Made by a program: the position numbers and the translations under genes
Notes under the pieces: generated by a model
Databases searched by the model: none
What the model was told of the DNA's origin: nothing
Seen by the model: the letters and a program-made list of their open reading frames with translations, nothing else
Part shown: positions 29,199-39,335 of the stretch, one piece after another
Position numbering within the stretch: the stretch's first letter is position 1
How the letters are laid out: every line of letters begins with the position of its first letter
DNA from: an uncultured Rhizobium sp.
GTDB taxonomy: Bacteria > Pseudomonadota > Alphaproteobacteria > Micropepsales > Micropepsaceae
Reading direction: 5' to 3'
Assembly: GCA_964465935.1 (NCBI GenBank)
Contig: CAYXMO010000001.1
Span: 1-49,714, forward strand
Length of the DNA: 49,714 nt

Positions 29199-30242
29199 TC
29201 AAATTCGGTTGTTATCCCGACCAGCCGCATCGGCCTTTCCGGCCGCCTCATATTTCCGATTGAGATAGCGGACATGAGCAGCAAACATTAGACGGCGCGC
29301 GATGGGAGGGGCAACCAACCCTAGCAATGCCTTAATCGCAGATTTTGCGGTACCATCCCTGCGAACTCGGGCAATCTGATCCGACAAAGAAATCGGGTTG
29401 CCCGATAGCAGATTATAATCCACGGCGTAACCAAGGCATTTGCTCTTTAGCATTTTGCGCATCGGCCTCGCCACATTTTCTGAGACCAGACCTGCCGTCT
29501 CAATCTTGTCCAGCGTCGAGATACAATTCTCCAAGGAGCGCAGGTTTAACAAATTCCACCGTATCATCTCTTGCGTCCACTCTACCCGAGTTACCGATGA
29601 CCGATGAGCGATGTTCGACAGGCTTGCATCGTGGCGCCGATAACGCACCAACGGGATATCTAGCACGCTAAGATCGCCGAGAACGAGCTCACGTAACTGA
29701 AGTTGGACGTCTTCGCCTCCTCCATCGGTCAACGGCCCGAACATGTCGAATACCTGCCGGCGAAACGCACAGTGATATGACGGCTCTGCCGTGATCCATG
29801 ACCGCCAGTTTAGCCTTTCGTCTCCGCGCCGCGACCTCAACCGCCCTAGTGGGCGCCCAAGACTGTCGATAACGGCGGGATCAACACTCACGCCCATAAC
29901 GCGATCGTCATCAAATTCGGCAAGACAGCGCGACACATAGTTGGAATCGACCTCGTCGTCGCCACCCAGAAGGAAAATGATATCTCCAGAACTTTTCTGC
30001 ACGGCCTTGTTCACCTGGGGAATTAGGCCAATGTTTTTCCCATTGAGTTCAAATGCGACAAGAGCCTCGATCCCCGAGGCTCTCACGGCATCGATCACGA
30101 TCTGTTGCGTGCCATCGTTCGATGCATCATCACTGATGATTATCTCGTCGGGCAAGCACCGCAGCTTGGCGATGCTTCGTATGCAGGACTCGGCGAAGCT
30201 TTTATGCTGATAAAAAAAAACGCAGAGAGATATCTTACGCAT
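29199..30242 (-). CDS. Glycosyltransferase family 2, low-GC gene
   Basis: EIIISDDASNDGT, NIGL..VN, GDIIFLLGGDD, GED, LVRYRRH. Start is ATG 30242 or GTG 30260. Confidence 0.82.
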   Translation of the reverse strand: MRKISLCVFFYQHKSFAESCIRSIAKLRCLPDEIIISDDASNDGTQQIVIDAVRASGIEALVAFELNGKNIGLIPQVNKAVQKSSGDIIFLLGGDDEVDSNYVSRCLAEFDDDRVMGVSVDPAVIDSLGRPLGRLRSRRGDERLNWRSWITAEPSYHCAFRRQVFDMFGPLTDGGGEDVQLQLRELVLGDLSVLDIPLVRYRRHDASLSNIAHRSSVTRVEWTQEMIRWNLLNLRSLENCISTLDKIETAGLVSENVARPMRKMLKSKCLGYAVDYNLLSGNPISLSDQIARVRRDGTAKSAIKALLGLVAPPIARRLMFAAHVRYLNRKYEAAGKADAAGRDNNRI

Positions 30243-30347
30243 TGAGCGAATTTCCGTCACATACGGCGCTGACCTTCAGACGATACATCGAGGCATGCCG
30301 TCGGAAGCGGAGAACCAATTTCATACTTGAGCGCGGACTTGTGTCTT

Positions 30348-31205
30348 TCATGTCTGGATGGCTCGCGGTGGCGCATTTAGAATCGGGTTGGCGCGGCCGG
30401 CGAGCCAGATGATCTTGCCCAGCCACCAGCGCAAGGTGCGCAGCCGGCTCGTCCATCCCAGAAAGACATATTCGCAAGGCGTCCGGACAATACGGCCGCG
30501 AGATTCTTGCGCATATTTGTTTTCGATGGCCGTGCGCGCCGCGAAATACGCCGCCGACTTGTTGCCGGCGCTCTTATGAAGCAGGTGGAAGTCGATCACA
30601 TAGGCCTCGAGCCCGCGGCGCTCGGCCTGGATGCAGAGGTCCAGACCGTAGAAGTGAAAGCCCGACAGATCGTCCGACGGCACCAGTCCGGACGCGCGTT
30701 TGATGACGATGAAGTTCTCGTCGATGCTGTCCACCGCGGTGGGGAAACGGCCGACCCGCGCGTCCCGGACGTGGGGATCGCTGATCCGGGCGGTCCAATT
30801 CGTCAGACCCCGAACGCCGACATTTCCGGCAACCGCCCAATTGGGCGCGGTGTCGTCCAGATGGCGCAGGCGCGCCAGAAGCACGTCGAACCCATCCTCG
30901 ATCAGTTCGACATCCTGGTGGCAGATGACGACATAGCGGCCGCGGGCGGAACAGACGAATTCCCGAATTCCCGCGAACGCATCGAGCCGGTTGGCGCTTC
31001 GGTTGTCGACGACCGCGAACTCGCTGTTGCCGAGATCGAAGCCCCGCGCCAGAAAGCTGCGCAGCGTCTTCTCGTATTCCGCCTTGTCGGTGACCAGCGT
31101 GCACACCGAAAACACGCAGTCGCCGTCCGGCGCCGTCCGCGACACCGCGGAAGCGGCGCCATCCTCCGCGAAAAGCGCGCCCAATATGTCGCTAGTGTCG
31201 GTCAT
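30348..31205 (-). CDS. GT2-like glycosyltransferase-fold protein
   Basis: ATG 31205 overlaps the wzy stop (ATGA); FSVCTLV, VVICHQDV, SIDENFIV, GFHFYGLDLC, FHLLHKS. Confidence 0.7.
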   Translation of the reverse strand: MTDTSDILGALFAEDGAASAVSRTAPDGDCVFSVCTLVTDKAEYEKTLRSFLARGFDLGNSEFAVVDNRSANRLDAFAGIREFVCSARGRYVVICHQDVELIEDGFDVLLARLRHLDDTAPNWAVAGNVGVRGLTNWTARISDPHVRDARVGRFPTAVDSIDENFIVIKRASGLVPSDDLSGFHFYGLDLCIQAERRGLEAYVIDFHLLHKSAGNKSAAYFAARTAIENKYAQESRGRIVRTPCEYVFLGWTSRLRTLRWWLGKIIWLAGRANPILNAPPRAIQT

Positions 31206-32542
31206 GCCGCCGGCAGCCGCTGGGCGCGCGGCGGCTTCGAATTGCCGTCGAATGCGCCCCAGAATCCGATCAGGAAAAACAGCAGGACGTAGCTCTGCTG
31301 CCAAAAATGCACCGTGAAGCCTCCGATCAGGAGCGAGGCCAGCGAGGCCAGCCAGAAATATACCAGGTCGAGACCCGATTTGCCGGCCGCGGCGGGAACG
31401 GCCAACGCGGCGCGGCGCAAACTTGTCCAAATTCCGGCGATCAAGGGACCGACGGCGAGCAGGCCGTAGCGCAGCAGAATGACCAGCCAAAAGGCATCGA
31501 TGCTCGACGTCATCCAGCGCGGCCGTGCCCAGTCGTGATAGCCGATCCCGGTCACAGGCGAGGCCAGGAAATCCTCCCAGCCGAAGCGCCAGATCAGCGT
31601 CCGATAGAATCCGGTCCATGAATCCAGCGCCGCGTAGCTGAAGATGACCTGCATCGGGGTTCGGTTCGAAAAGATCGCAATAAACAGATAGGTCGCGACC
31701 GCGGCGCCCGAGAAATACCAGCCGCGATACTTCAGCTGGGCCGAATAGTGGAACCAGAGCAGCAGGGCCGCCTGAAGGACCACCGCCGCGAATGCGGCCG
31801 ACGAAACCGAGGTTCCGACGGCCAGCAAGATGGCAGCCGCAACGTAGATTTGCGGCGCTAGCCTTCCGCTGATGACGTCTTTCGACAAGGCGAAGGCAAA
31901 GGTGCTGGCGGCGAAAAGGCCCCAGAGGATCGGATGGGGAAAAGGCCCAGCGGCGCGATGCAGGCCGAAGCGGATCAGTCCGAAACCGGTCACGCCGCCG
32001 AACACCGAGAATCCCGTCAACGTCTCGACAAGGGTGAAGGCTCCGATGCCGATGGTTACATAGATCAGCAGGCGCGCGGTTGCTGCCAAATCCGACCGGT
32101 TCTTGATATAGGCTCGCGCCAGCAGATAGGGACCCAAGGTCTCTACGATCGTGGTTCCCGAATTGATGAGAGTATTCGTCCGCGCGATGGCGCTGACGCT
32201 GATGGCGATGAAGGTGTCGGTGAAGCCGTGCTGGATGGTCAAGGAAACCACCTGCAGGAGCGCGAACGCCACAATGAGATAGTCCGGCGCCTTGAATTTG
32301 ATCTGGGCGCGAAACAATTCGAGCGCCGCAAACGGCAGCAGCAGCAGCAGCGCGATGCGATAGACCGGCAAATACAGGCCGCCCAGCGTGACGGCGAATC
32401 CGGCGGGCCAGACGACGGAGGCGAGAAAGATTTGGACGGCGAGCGGGATCCTTCCGACATAGAGCCATGGAGCTCTCGCGGGCGCGGCCAGGCGCCCGGA
32501 AGGCGGCCTGAGGGTCGGGGTGCGCAGGTCGGCGATGGTCAT
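31202..32542 (-). CDS. Wzy/O-antigen-ligase-like integral membrane protein (probable polymerase)
   Basis: Multi-TM; RAAGPFPHPILWG, TGFYRTLIW, GIGYHDW, SSIDAFWL..LRYG. Confidence 0.78.
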   Translation of the reverse strand: MTIADLRTPTLRPPSGRLAAPARAPWLYVGRIPLAVQIFLASVVWPAGFAVTLGGLYLPVYRIALLLLLPFAALELFRAQIKFKAPDYLIVAFALLQVVSLTIQHGFTDTFIAISVSAIARTNTLINSGTTIVETLGPYLLARAYIKNRSDLAATARLLIYVTIGIGAFTLVETLTGFSVFGGVTGFGLIRFGLHRAAGPFPHPILWGLFAASTFAFALSKDVISGRLAPQIYVAAAILLAVGTSVSSAAFAAVVLQAALLLWFHYSAQLKYRGWYFSGAAVATYLFIAIFSNRTPMQVIFSYAALDSWTGFYRTLIWRFGWEDFLASPVTGIGYHDWARPRWMTSSIDAFWLVILLRYGLLAVGPLIAGIWTSLRRAALAVPAAAGKSGLDLVYFWLASLASLLIGGFTVHFWQQSYVLLFFLIGFWGAFDGNSKPPRAQRLPAA

Positions 32543-33540
32543 GGGGCCGGTTCATCCCGCGGCATGTTCACAGCAAGGGTCTCGGGTTCGAACTTCCCTC
32601 TCGTCCAAAGAAACCGGGCCCGCCACACTTCGGACCAGACCGAATGCTCGCGCGCCGCGGCGGCCTTGATGGCGGGACGAAGCGCAAGCAAAGCGAGCGC
32701 CATGGGCCGCAGCACGCGCCAGGTGTGATGCCGAATGAGCAGCGCCTTGGCCGCCAGGATGCGCTTGTTCTTGCGGGCGCTGTTCTGCTCGGTCGCGCCG
32801 CCATAGTGCACGATCGTCGCCTCCGGCGTGATCGCCGGCCGCGCCCCCAGCGTCCTGGCCCGCAGGCACAAATCGGCGTCCTCGCCGTACATGAAGAACT
32901 CCGGCGCGAAGCCGCCGAGGGCGCGCCACAAGGTACGTCCGATAAGCAGCAGGCATCCGGTGACGACATCCACCTCGCGTTCGCTGTCGCGTTTCCAGCC
33001 GCCATAGCCTTCGGAATGAAACAGCGGCGAATCGGGAAACAGCATGGCGAGGCCGACGCCGCGGCAGAACAGATTCCACAGACTCTGGCGGCGCCAGCAG
33101 GAGCTGGGGTTCAAGCTGCCGTCGCCGAACAGCGTGCGCCCGCCCCAGATGCCGGCCTGCGGCCGCCGCCGGGCGAACGCCACGAGCTTGTCGATCGCGC
33201 CGTCGAGCACCACGGTGTCGGGATTGAGCAGCAAGAGATATTCGCCTTGCGCCAATTCGGCGGCGAGATTGTTGGCGGCGGCAAAGCCGAGATTGCGCAT
33301 TTGCGGCAGGTGCCGGAACGACGGATGGGCGGCCGCGATCGCCTCGGCCGACCCGTCGGGCGAGGCGTTGTCAACGACGAGGACTTCGTAGGCGGCGGCG
33401 CGGGTCTCGCGCACGATGGAGGCGAGACAGGCGAGAGTCATCTCGCGCGTCCCGTAACTGACGACGATGATCGACACGTCGGGGCAGCCGGATTTGGGTG
33501 CCGGGCTTTCGGAGGGTTCATGGCCGCAAGACAGACTCAA
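32539..33540 (-). CDS. Glycosyltransferase family 2 (WbbL/rhamnosyltransferase-like); start uncertain
   Basis: VVDNASPDGS, NLGFAAANN, LLLNPDT, VTGC, FFMYGEDADLC. Confidence 0.9.
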   Translation of the reverse strand: MSLSCGHEPSESPAPKSGCPDVSIIVVSYGTREMTLACLASIVRETRAAAYEVLVVDNASPDGSAEAIAAAHPSFRHLPQMRNLGFAAANNLAAELAQGEYLLLLNPDTVVLDGAIDKLVAFARRRPQAGIWGGRTLFGDGSLNPSSCWRRQSLWNLFCRGVGLAMLFPDSPLFHSEGYGGWKRDSEREVDVVTGCLLLIGRTLWRALGGFAPEFFMYGEDADLCLRARTLGARPAITPEATIVHYGGATEQNSARKNKRILAAKALLIRHHTWRVLRPMALALLALRPAIKAAAAREHSVWSEVWRARFLWTRGKFEPETLAVNMPRDEPAP

Positions 33541-33617
33541 CTGCGAACTCGCGATGTCGATGGTTCGTTAACGGCCGCCGGCCGGTGCTTGATCAATTAG
33601 AGCAAAGTTCGGACAGT

Positions 33618-35063
33618 ATGGCTATGACATCCCGCCTGCGCCCGGCCCTTTCTCGCCAATTGGAAAACGCGGGCTATGGCCTCCTGCTCGCCATCGCCGC
33701 GCTTGCACCGCTGCCCTTCGGCTCGAACGGTTCGGAGAGCATGCTGATCCTCTCGACGCTCTCGGGGTTGGTGCTGGCGTTAACCGCGCTCGCACTTATT
33801 GTTCGCACGGAACCCGTCGTCATCGCCTGGTCGCCATGGCTGACCGCCGCCCTTCTCAGTTTCATGACGTTCGGCCTGTGGGCCGTGGTCCAGATCGTTC
33901 CCGGACTCCCCGGCGGATTGCCGCATCCGCTCTGGGCCGAGAGCGCGCGGGTGCTGGGGACGGGCGCGCCGGAGGCGACGATCTCGATCGATCCGGCGGC
34001 AACCTGGGCCGCCTTGACCAAATCCGGCGGCTATTTCGCGGCCGGCGTCAGCGCCGTGTTCCTGCTGCGCGAGCCGCAACGCCGGCGCGGCGCCGTGCTG
34101 GTTCTGGTTCTATCGGGCGGGCTCTACGCCGCCTACGGCCTGATCGGGCTGGCAACCGGCGATTGCTGCGTCGCCTGGCAGAGAAAGGCCGACTATCTCG
34201 GCGTCGCCACCGGACCGTTCATCAACCGCAACAGCTTTGCGACCTATCTGGGGTTGATCTGCATCGTCTGCATCGGGCTGCTACTGCGCGAATTCGGCGA
34301 ATTGCGCCGGGTCTCGGCTGAGAGTGTCCTGCAACGCCTGACGGTGCGGCTCGGGCTGGTGCTCGCGCATCAGTGGTGGGCGGCCAGCGCCCTGCTGGCG
34401 GCCGCCGTCGCGCTGCTGCTCACGCTGTCGCGGGCCGGTATGACCTCGACGCTGCTCGCCGCCGGCGCGCTCGTGCTCCTGCTGTCGCAGGCGCGCTTGC
34501 TGAGCGACAAGCGCCGTCCCATCGTCCACCTCGCCGCCTTCGCCGGTGTCGCGGGGCTGTCGCTTTTTTTGTTCGGCAGCTCGCTCATCAACCGCGTCGC
34601 GAGCGAAGGCGTCGAAGACAGCTATCGCACGCAATCGTGGAAGATCATGATCGACGCGATCGAGGCGTCGCCCTGGCTCGGGCACGGCTTCGGCACGTTT
34701 CCCGAGGCCTTTCCGCTCTATCGCGACGACCGGCTGCCGTCGCGCCGCTATTGGGACAAGGCGCAGAACACCTATATCGAGCTGGCCATGGACATGGGCA
34801 TTCCTGCCACCGCGGTGCTCCTGCTCGGTTTCGGGGCATTGGCGGCGCAATGCGCGAAGGGCCTGTCGCGGCGGCGCAGGGAGCGGCGGCTCTATCCCGC
34901 GCTCGGCCTGGCGGCGATGGTGCTGGTCGGCGCCCATGCGATCTTCGATTTCTCGATGCAGATTCCAGCCATCGCGACGATCTTCGCCTTCATCATGGGC
35001 ATCGCCATCGCCGAAAGCGGCATCTGGCGCAGCCGCGATCCGTCTCAGTCCTCGGCCACCTGA
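33618..35063 (+). CDS. O-antigen ligase family (Wzy_C) protein
   Basis: [52 protein letters not shown]. Confidence 0.88.
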   Translation: MAMTSRLRPALSRQLENAGYGLLLAIAALAPLPFGSNGSESMLILSTLSGLVLALTALALIVRTEPVVIAWSPWLTAALLSFMTFGLWAVVQIVPGLPGGLPHPLWAESARVLGTGAPEATISIDPAATWAALTKSGGYFAAGVSAVFLLREPQRRRGAVLVLVLSGGLYAAYGLIGLATGDCCVAWQRKADYLGVATGPFINRNSFATYLGLICIVCIGLLLREFGELRRVSAESVLQRLTVRLGLVLAHQWWAASALLAAAVALLLTLSRAGMTSTLLAAGALVLLLSQARLLSDKRRPIVHLAAFAGVAGLSLFLFGSSLINRVASEGVEDSYRTQSWKIMIDAIEASPWLGHGFGTFPEAFPLYRDDRLPSRRYWDKAQNTYIELAMDMGIPATAVLLLGFGALAAQCAKGLSRRRRERRLYPALGLAAMVLVGAHAIFDFSMQIPAIATIFAFIMGIAIAESGIWRSRDPSQSSAT

Positions 35064-35911
35064 AGCAGGTAGCGGCCGTAACCGCTCTTCTCCAGACCCT
35101 TGGCCAGCGAGATGAGCTGCGCCCGGCCGATGAAGCCCTTGCGGTAGGCGACTTCCTCCGGGCAGCCCACTTTGAGGCCTTGGCGCATTTCCAGGATGCG
35201 GACGAACTCGCCGGCCTCCATCAGCGACTCATGCGTGCCGGTGTCGAGCCACGCCATGCCGCGGCCCATCACCTCCACCGACAACGAACCGTCTTCGAGA
35301 TAGAGGTTGTTCAGCGCCGTGATCTCCAATTCGCCGCGCGCCGACGGCTTGATCTGCCGCGCGAATCCGGCGGCGCGGCTATCGTAGAAATAGAGCCCCG
35401 TGACCGCATAGTTCGATTTCGGCTTGTCCGGCTTTTCTTCGATGGAGAGCGCTCTGCCGGCTGCGTCGAACGCGACGACGCCATAGCGCTCCGGATCGCG
35501 CACGCGATAGCCGAACACGGTGGCGCCGTGCGTCCGTTCGGTCGCGCGGGTCAGCATCTCAGGCATGCCGTGGCCGAAATAGATGTTGTCGCCCAGGATG
35601 AGAGCGCTGGAATCGCCGCCGACGAAGTCCTCGCCCAGAATGTAGGCCTGCGCCAAACCTTCGGGGCGCGGCTGGACGACATAGGACAACCGCATGCCCC
35701 AGGCTTCGCCGCTGCCAAGCAGCCGCTTGAAGGCCGTCTGGTCCTCGGGCGTGGTGATGATCAGGACGTCCCGGATGCCGGCCAGCATCAAGGTCGAGAG
35801 CGGATAGTAGACCATCGGCTTGTCATAGACCGGCAGGAGCTGCTTGCAGGTCGAGAGCGTCAGCGGATAGAGCCGCGTCCCCGAACCGCCCGCCAATACG
35901 ATGCCCTTCAT
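35045..35911 (-). CDS. rmlA: Glucose-1-phosphate thymidylyltransferase
   Basis: [50 protein letters not shown]. Confidence 0.97.
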   Translation of the reverse strand: MKGIVLAGGSGTRLYPLTLSTCKQLLPVYDKPMVYYPLSTLMLAGIRDVLIITTPEDQTAFKRLLGSGEAWGMRLSYVVQPRPEGLAQAYILGEDFVGGDSSALILGDNIYFGHGMPEMLTRATERTHGATVFGYRVRDPERYGVVAFDAAGRALSIEEKPDKPKSNYAVTGLYFYDSRAAGFARQIKPSARGELEITALNNLYLEDGSLSVEVMGRGMAWLDTGTHESLMEAGEFVRILEMRQGLKVGCPEEVAYRKGFIGRAQLISLAKGLEKSGYGRYLLQVAED

Positions 35912-36837
35912 GCCTGCTGCTCCCGCCGTGCCGCCTTGATATCTTCCAATACACCGGCCAGCGCCAGCTGCCATGGGGGCCGCGCGACAGCGTAAACACG
36001 CTCGATTTTTGAGCAGTCCAGCCGCGAATTCGAAGGCCGCCGGGCCGGGGTCGGATATTCCGCGGTTGCGATCGGCACGACCTTGGGCGCGGCGCTGCTC
36101 CAGCTGGCGCTGCCGGCGAAGATCGCCTCGGCGAAGCGCCGCCACGTCGTCTCTCCGGCGGCGGCATAGTGGAACGTGCCGAACAGCGCCGGATCGGACA
36201 CCGCATCGCCGGCAAGGCGCGGCACGATGGCGAGAACGGCCTGCGCGATGTCGCCCGCGGCAGTCGGCGCGCCATGCTGGTCGTCCACCACGCGCAACAC
36301 GTCGCGCTCGGCGCCCAGCCGCAGCATTGTCTTGACGAAATTGGTGCCCCACGGGCTGTAGACCCAGGAGGTGCGCAGGATCGCATGCTTGGGCCAGGCG
36401 GCCCGGATCGCATCCTCACCCGCCAGCTTGGTGCGACCATAGACGCCCAAGGGCGCGGTTGCATCGCCCTCGCCATAGGGCGCGGTCTTGGTGCCGTCGA
36501 ACACATAGTCGGTCGAAAGATGGACGAGCGGCACGCCGCGGGCAGCGCAGGCTTGCGCCATCGCGGCAACCGAAGCGGTGTTGACCAGATGCGCAAGCTC
36601 CGGTTCCGACTCGGCCTTGTCGACGGCGGTATAGGCCGCGGCGTTTACGACCGCATCGATGGGCCCGGCGTCGCGGATGACGCGCGCCGCGGCGTCCGGC
36701 TTGGTCAGATCGACATCGCCGCGGCCCAAGGCCAGCAGCGAAATGTCTTGCCGCGGCGCGGCGGCGCGCAGCAGCGCCCGAGCCACCTGTCCGGTGGCGC
36801 CGAACTGCAAAATGGAAAGCGGTTTGGCTGCGGTCAC
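35908..36837 (-). CDS. rmlD: dTDP-4-dehydrorhamnose reductase
   Basis: [33 protein letters not shown]. Confidence 0.96.
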   Translation of the reverse strand: MTAAKPLSILQFGATGQVARALLRAAAPRQDISLLALGRGDVDLTKPDAAARVIRDAGPIDAVVNAAAYTAVDKAESEPELAHLVNTASVAAMAQACAARGVPLVHLSTDYVFDGTKTAPYGEGDATAPLGVYGRTKLAGEDAIRAAWPKHAILRTSWVYSPWGTNFVKTMLRLGAERDVLRVVDDQHGAPTAAGDIAQAVLAIVPRLAGDAVSDPALFGTFHYAAAGETTWRRFAEAIFAGSASWSSAAPKVVPIATAEYPTPARRPSNSRLDCSKIERVYAVARPPWQLALAGVLEDIKAARREQQA

Positions 36838-36843
36838 GGCGGG

Positions 36844-37404
36844 TCAGACCGCGAACGGCGTGTCGAGCGCCGCCAGGAGCGGCAAATCGCGGTCCTTGGG
36901 CGACAGATTGCTCCCGGCGAAGTCGGGCCAGGCGATGCCCAGCGCCGAATCGTTCCAGCGGACCCCGCCTTCGGCGTGCGGCGCGTAATAGTCCGTCGTC
37001 TTGTAGAGAACCTCCGTCGCCGGCTCGAGCGTGCAGAAGCCGTGCGCAAATCCCACCGGGATCAGGGCTTGGCGCCCGTTTTCCGCGCTGAGCTCCACGG
37101 CGCCGTGTTGTCCATAGGTCGGCGAACCGCGCCGAATGTCGAGGAAGACGTCCAGGATGCGTCCCTTGACGACCCGGATGAGCTTGGCCTGCGCCTTGGG
37201 CGGCGACTGGAAATGCAGCCCGCGCACCGTCCCGCGCTCGGCTGACAGCGAATGGTTGTCCTGGACGAAGACCAAGTGAATGCCGGCGGCGGCAAGTTCG
37301 CCGGCATTGTAGGTTTCCGAGAAAAAGCCGCGCGAATCCCCGAAGCGCTTCGGCGTGATCAGGAGCGGACCTTCGATCGCGGTCTTTTGGATATCGGCCG
37401 TCAT
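36844..37404 (-). CDS. rmlC: dTDP-4-dehydrorhamnose 3,5-epimerase
   Basis: [26 protein letters not shown]; ATG 37404 overlaps the rmlB stop. Confidence 0.96.
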   Translation of the reverse strand: MTADIQKTAIEGPLLITPKRFGDSRGFFSETYNAGELAAAGIHLVFVQDNHSLSAERGTVRGLHFQSPPKAQAKLIRVVKGRILDVFLDIRRGSPTYGQHGAVELSAENGRQALIPVGFAHGFCTLEPATEVLYKTTDYYAPHAEGGVRWNDSALGIAWPDFAGSNLSPKDRDLPLLAALDTPFAV

Positions 37405-38477
37405 GACCCGGCAGCGGCCTTTTCCTTGGCCAGGCCGATGCGCTCGGCGCGGAAGCCGCGGCTGCGGATCGCGTCGGTCCACCAGGCATTTTTTAGATAC
37501 CACGCCACGGTGTGCCGCAGGCCGTCTTCCAAATTCACGCTCGGCGTCCAGCCGAGTTCGCGCTCGATCTTGGCCGCGTCGATCGCGTAGCGCTGATCGT
37601 GGCCGGGGCGGTCGGAGACGAATTTGATCAGGCTCTCATGCGGCTTGTGCTTGCCGTGCGGCAGCAGCTCGTCGAGCGTGCGGCACAACAGCCGCACCAG
37701 GTCGATGTTCCTCGCTTCATTGCGGCCGCCGACATTGTAGCTCTCGCCGGCCTTGCCGCGCTCGATGACCGCGAGCAGCGCCCGGGCGTGATCGTCGACG
37801 AACAGCCAGTCGCGGATGTTGGTGCCGGCGCCGTAGACCGGAATCTCGCGCCCTTCGAGCGCCGCCAGGATGACGACCGGTATCAGCTTCTCGGGAAACT
37901 GGTACGGCCCGTAATTGTTGGAGCAATTGCTGATGACCACCGGCAAGCCATAGGTGTGGTGCCAGGCCCGCACCAGCATGTCGGATGCCGCCTTGCTGGC
38001 CGAATAGGGCGAGTTGGGGGCATAGGCGGTCGTCTCGGTGAAGAAGCCGTCCTGCGGCAGCGAGCCGAAGACCTCGTCGGTCGACACGTGATGAAAGCGG
38101 AACTGCGCCTTGCGCGGCGTCGAAAGAGCGGCGAAGTGCCGCCGCGCGGCCTCCAGCATCACGAAGGTGCCGTCGACATTGGTCTCGACGAAAGCCTTGG
38201 GGCCGTCGATCGAGCGGTCGACATGCGATTCCGCCGCCAGATGCATCACCGCGTCGGGATCGTGGAGCTCGAACACGCGCCGCACCGCCGCCGCATCGCA
38301 GATGTCGGCTTGCTCGAAGGCATAGCGATTGTGCGGCAGCACCTCGTTCAGGCTGTCGAGGTTCGCGGCGTAGGTCAGCTTGTCGAGGTTGACGACGTGA
38401 TGGTCGGTGTGGCGCAGGCAATGACGCACGACGGCCGAGCCGATGAATCCTGCTCCGCCGGTAATCAACAAACGCAT
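37401..38477 (-). CDS. rmlB: dTDP-glucose 4,6-dehydratase
   Basis: [37 protein letters not shown]. Confidence 0.97.
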   Translation of the reverse strand: MRLLITGGAGFIGSAVVRHCLRHTDHHVVNLDKLTYAANLDSLNEVLPHNRYAFEQADICDAAAVRRVFELHDPDAVMHLAAESHVDRSIDGPKAFVETNVDGTFVMLEAARRHFAALSTPRKAQFRFHHVSTDEVFGSLPQDGFFTETTAYAPNSPYSASKAASDMLVRAWHHTYGLPVVISNCSNNYGPYQFPEKLIPVVILAALEGREIPVYGAGTNIRDWLFVDDHARALLAVIERGKAGESYNVGGRNEARNIDLVRLLCRTLDELLPHGKHKPHESLIKFVSDRPGHDQRYAIDAAKIERELGWTPSVNLEDGLRHTVAWYLKNAWWTDAIRSRGFRAERIGLAKEKAAAGS

Positions 38478-38633
38478 GGGAACCCCGCGCTTCACCGTTT
38501 CCGCGCTCGCGCGCCAGGAGCGGTGAATAGCATGACTGAGGCGGCTTCAGAAGCGCGGCCGGACAGCGCCTGCCGACATCACTAACGTGACATTTTTTTG
38601 AGCAGCCGGCGGCGTCGATACGCGCAGCCGAAA

Positions 38634-38879
38634 TCAGAACAGCATGTAGGACGCAACCGCCGCCGCGAGCCAGAAGGCACCGCAGCCGATGAGGATGAAG
38701 CGCAGCGTCTTGCCCATGCTCCAGGCACCCTCTTCGGCCTCGCCGCCGCTGAGCGCCAGGGTCAGTTCCGACAAGGCGCGGTTGGCCGGCCCTTCCAGGC
38801 CGCGGCTGGCGGGGTCGGGTCCGCGCCGTTCGCCGAGCGGCGGCGTGAAGTCGAGGGGCGATATTGCGGGCTGAGCCAT
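38634..38879 (-). CDS. Small protein with a C-terminal TM helix, unknown function
   Basis: ATG 38879; C-terminal WSMGKTLRFILIGCGAFWLAAAVASYMLF; CtrA-like box upstream. Confidence 0.6.
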   Translation of the reverse strand: MAQPAISPLDFTPPLGERRGPDPASRGLEGPANRALSELTLALSGGEAEEGAWSMGKTLRFILIGCGAFWLAAAVASYMLF

Positions 38880-38929
38880 CGGCGTGCTTTCGACCGAGAG
38901 AGGACCGCTGCCACCGTCCCAGCAAAGCG

Positions 38930-38944
38930 TTAACGCATGGTAAA
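38930..38944 (-). promoter_or_regulatory. CtrA-like binding site
   Basis: Minus strand reads TTTA-CCATGCG-TTAA(C), one mismatch to TTAA-N7-TTAAC, in a divergent intergenic region. Confidence 0.55.
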
Positions 38945-39051
38945 TTGGCGCCCTGGCACGGCGCGGCAAGATCGTTCACCAACAGGAGAGTTTGTTGCGG
39001 CGCAGCGTCCCGGCGCCGTGCCAGTGTCCGCCCGCCAAAAAGGAGCGCGGC

Positions 39052-39267
39052 ATGGTCTGGATGCTGCTCGTCTACGTCGTCGTCTCGAACGGCTTCAATT
39101 CGCCGCCTTCGGTGACGCCGAGCTTCCATGGCGCGACCTACGCGTCGAAGGAGGAGTGCACCGCCGCCGCGGCCAGCGTGTCGGTGCTGACGGCGCCGGG
39201 GACGGATGACATTTCCAAGGTCGGGCTGGTCACGGTCTGCGCCCCGGTGCCCGCGAACGCGCGCTAG
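39052..39267 (+). CDS. Small exported two-Cys protein, unknown function
   Basis: AAGGAG RBS; hydrophobic N-terminus; YASKEEC...VCAP. Confidence 0.65.
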   Translation: MVWMLLVYVVVSNGFNSPPSVTPSFHGATYASKEECTAAAASVSVLTAPGTDDISKVGLVTVCAPVPANAR

Positions 39268-39335
39268 CGGCGCGCGCCGCCCTGCGTCCGCCGGGGCCCT
39301 TGCGCGGCGCGGCCAAGGTCGCGTTAGGATCGGGG

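Noticed and set aside
30348-32555. 735-aa ORF that looks like a fusion
   Set aside because: Only the part from ATG 31205 looks like a real protein; the rest is an off-frame read through the wzy-like gene. The same applies to the extended ORFs 16694-18190, 27647-29137 and 35045-36352. Each has a coupled internal start, so no frameshift is needed.
34564-34570. T7 run in the O-antigen ligase gene as a phase-variation tract
   Set aside because: Short, and explained by Leu/Phe codons in a TM segment.
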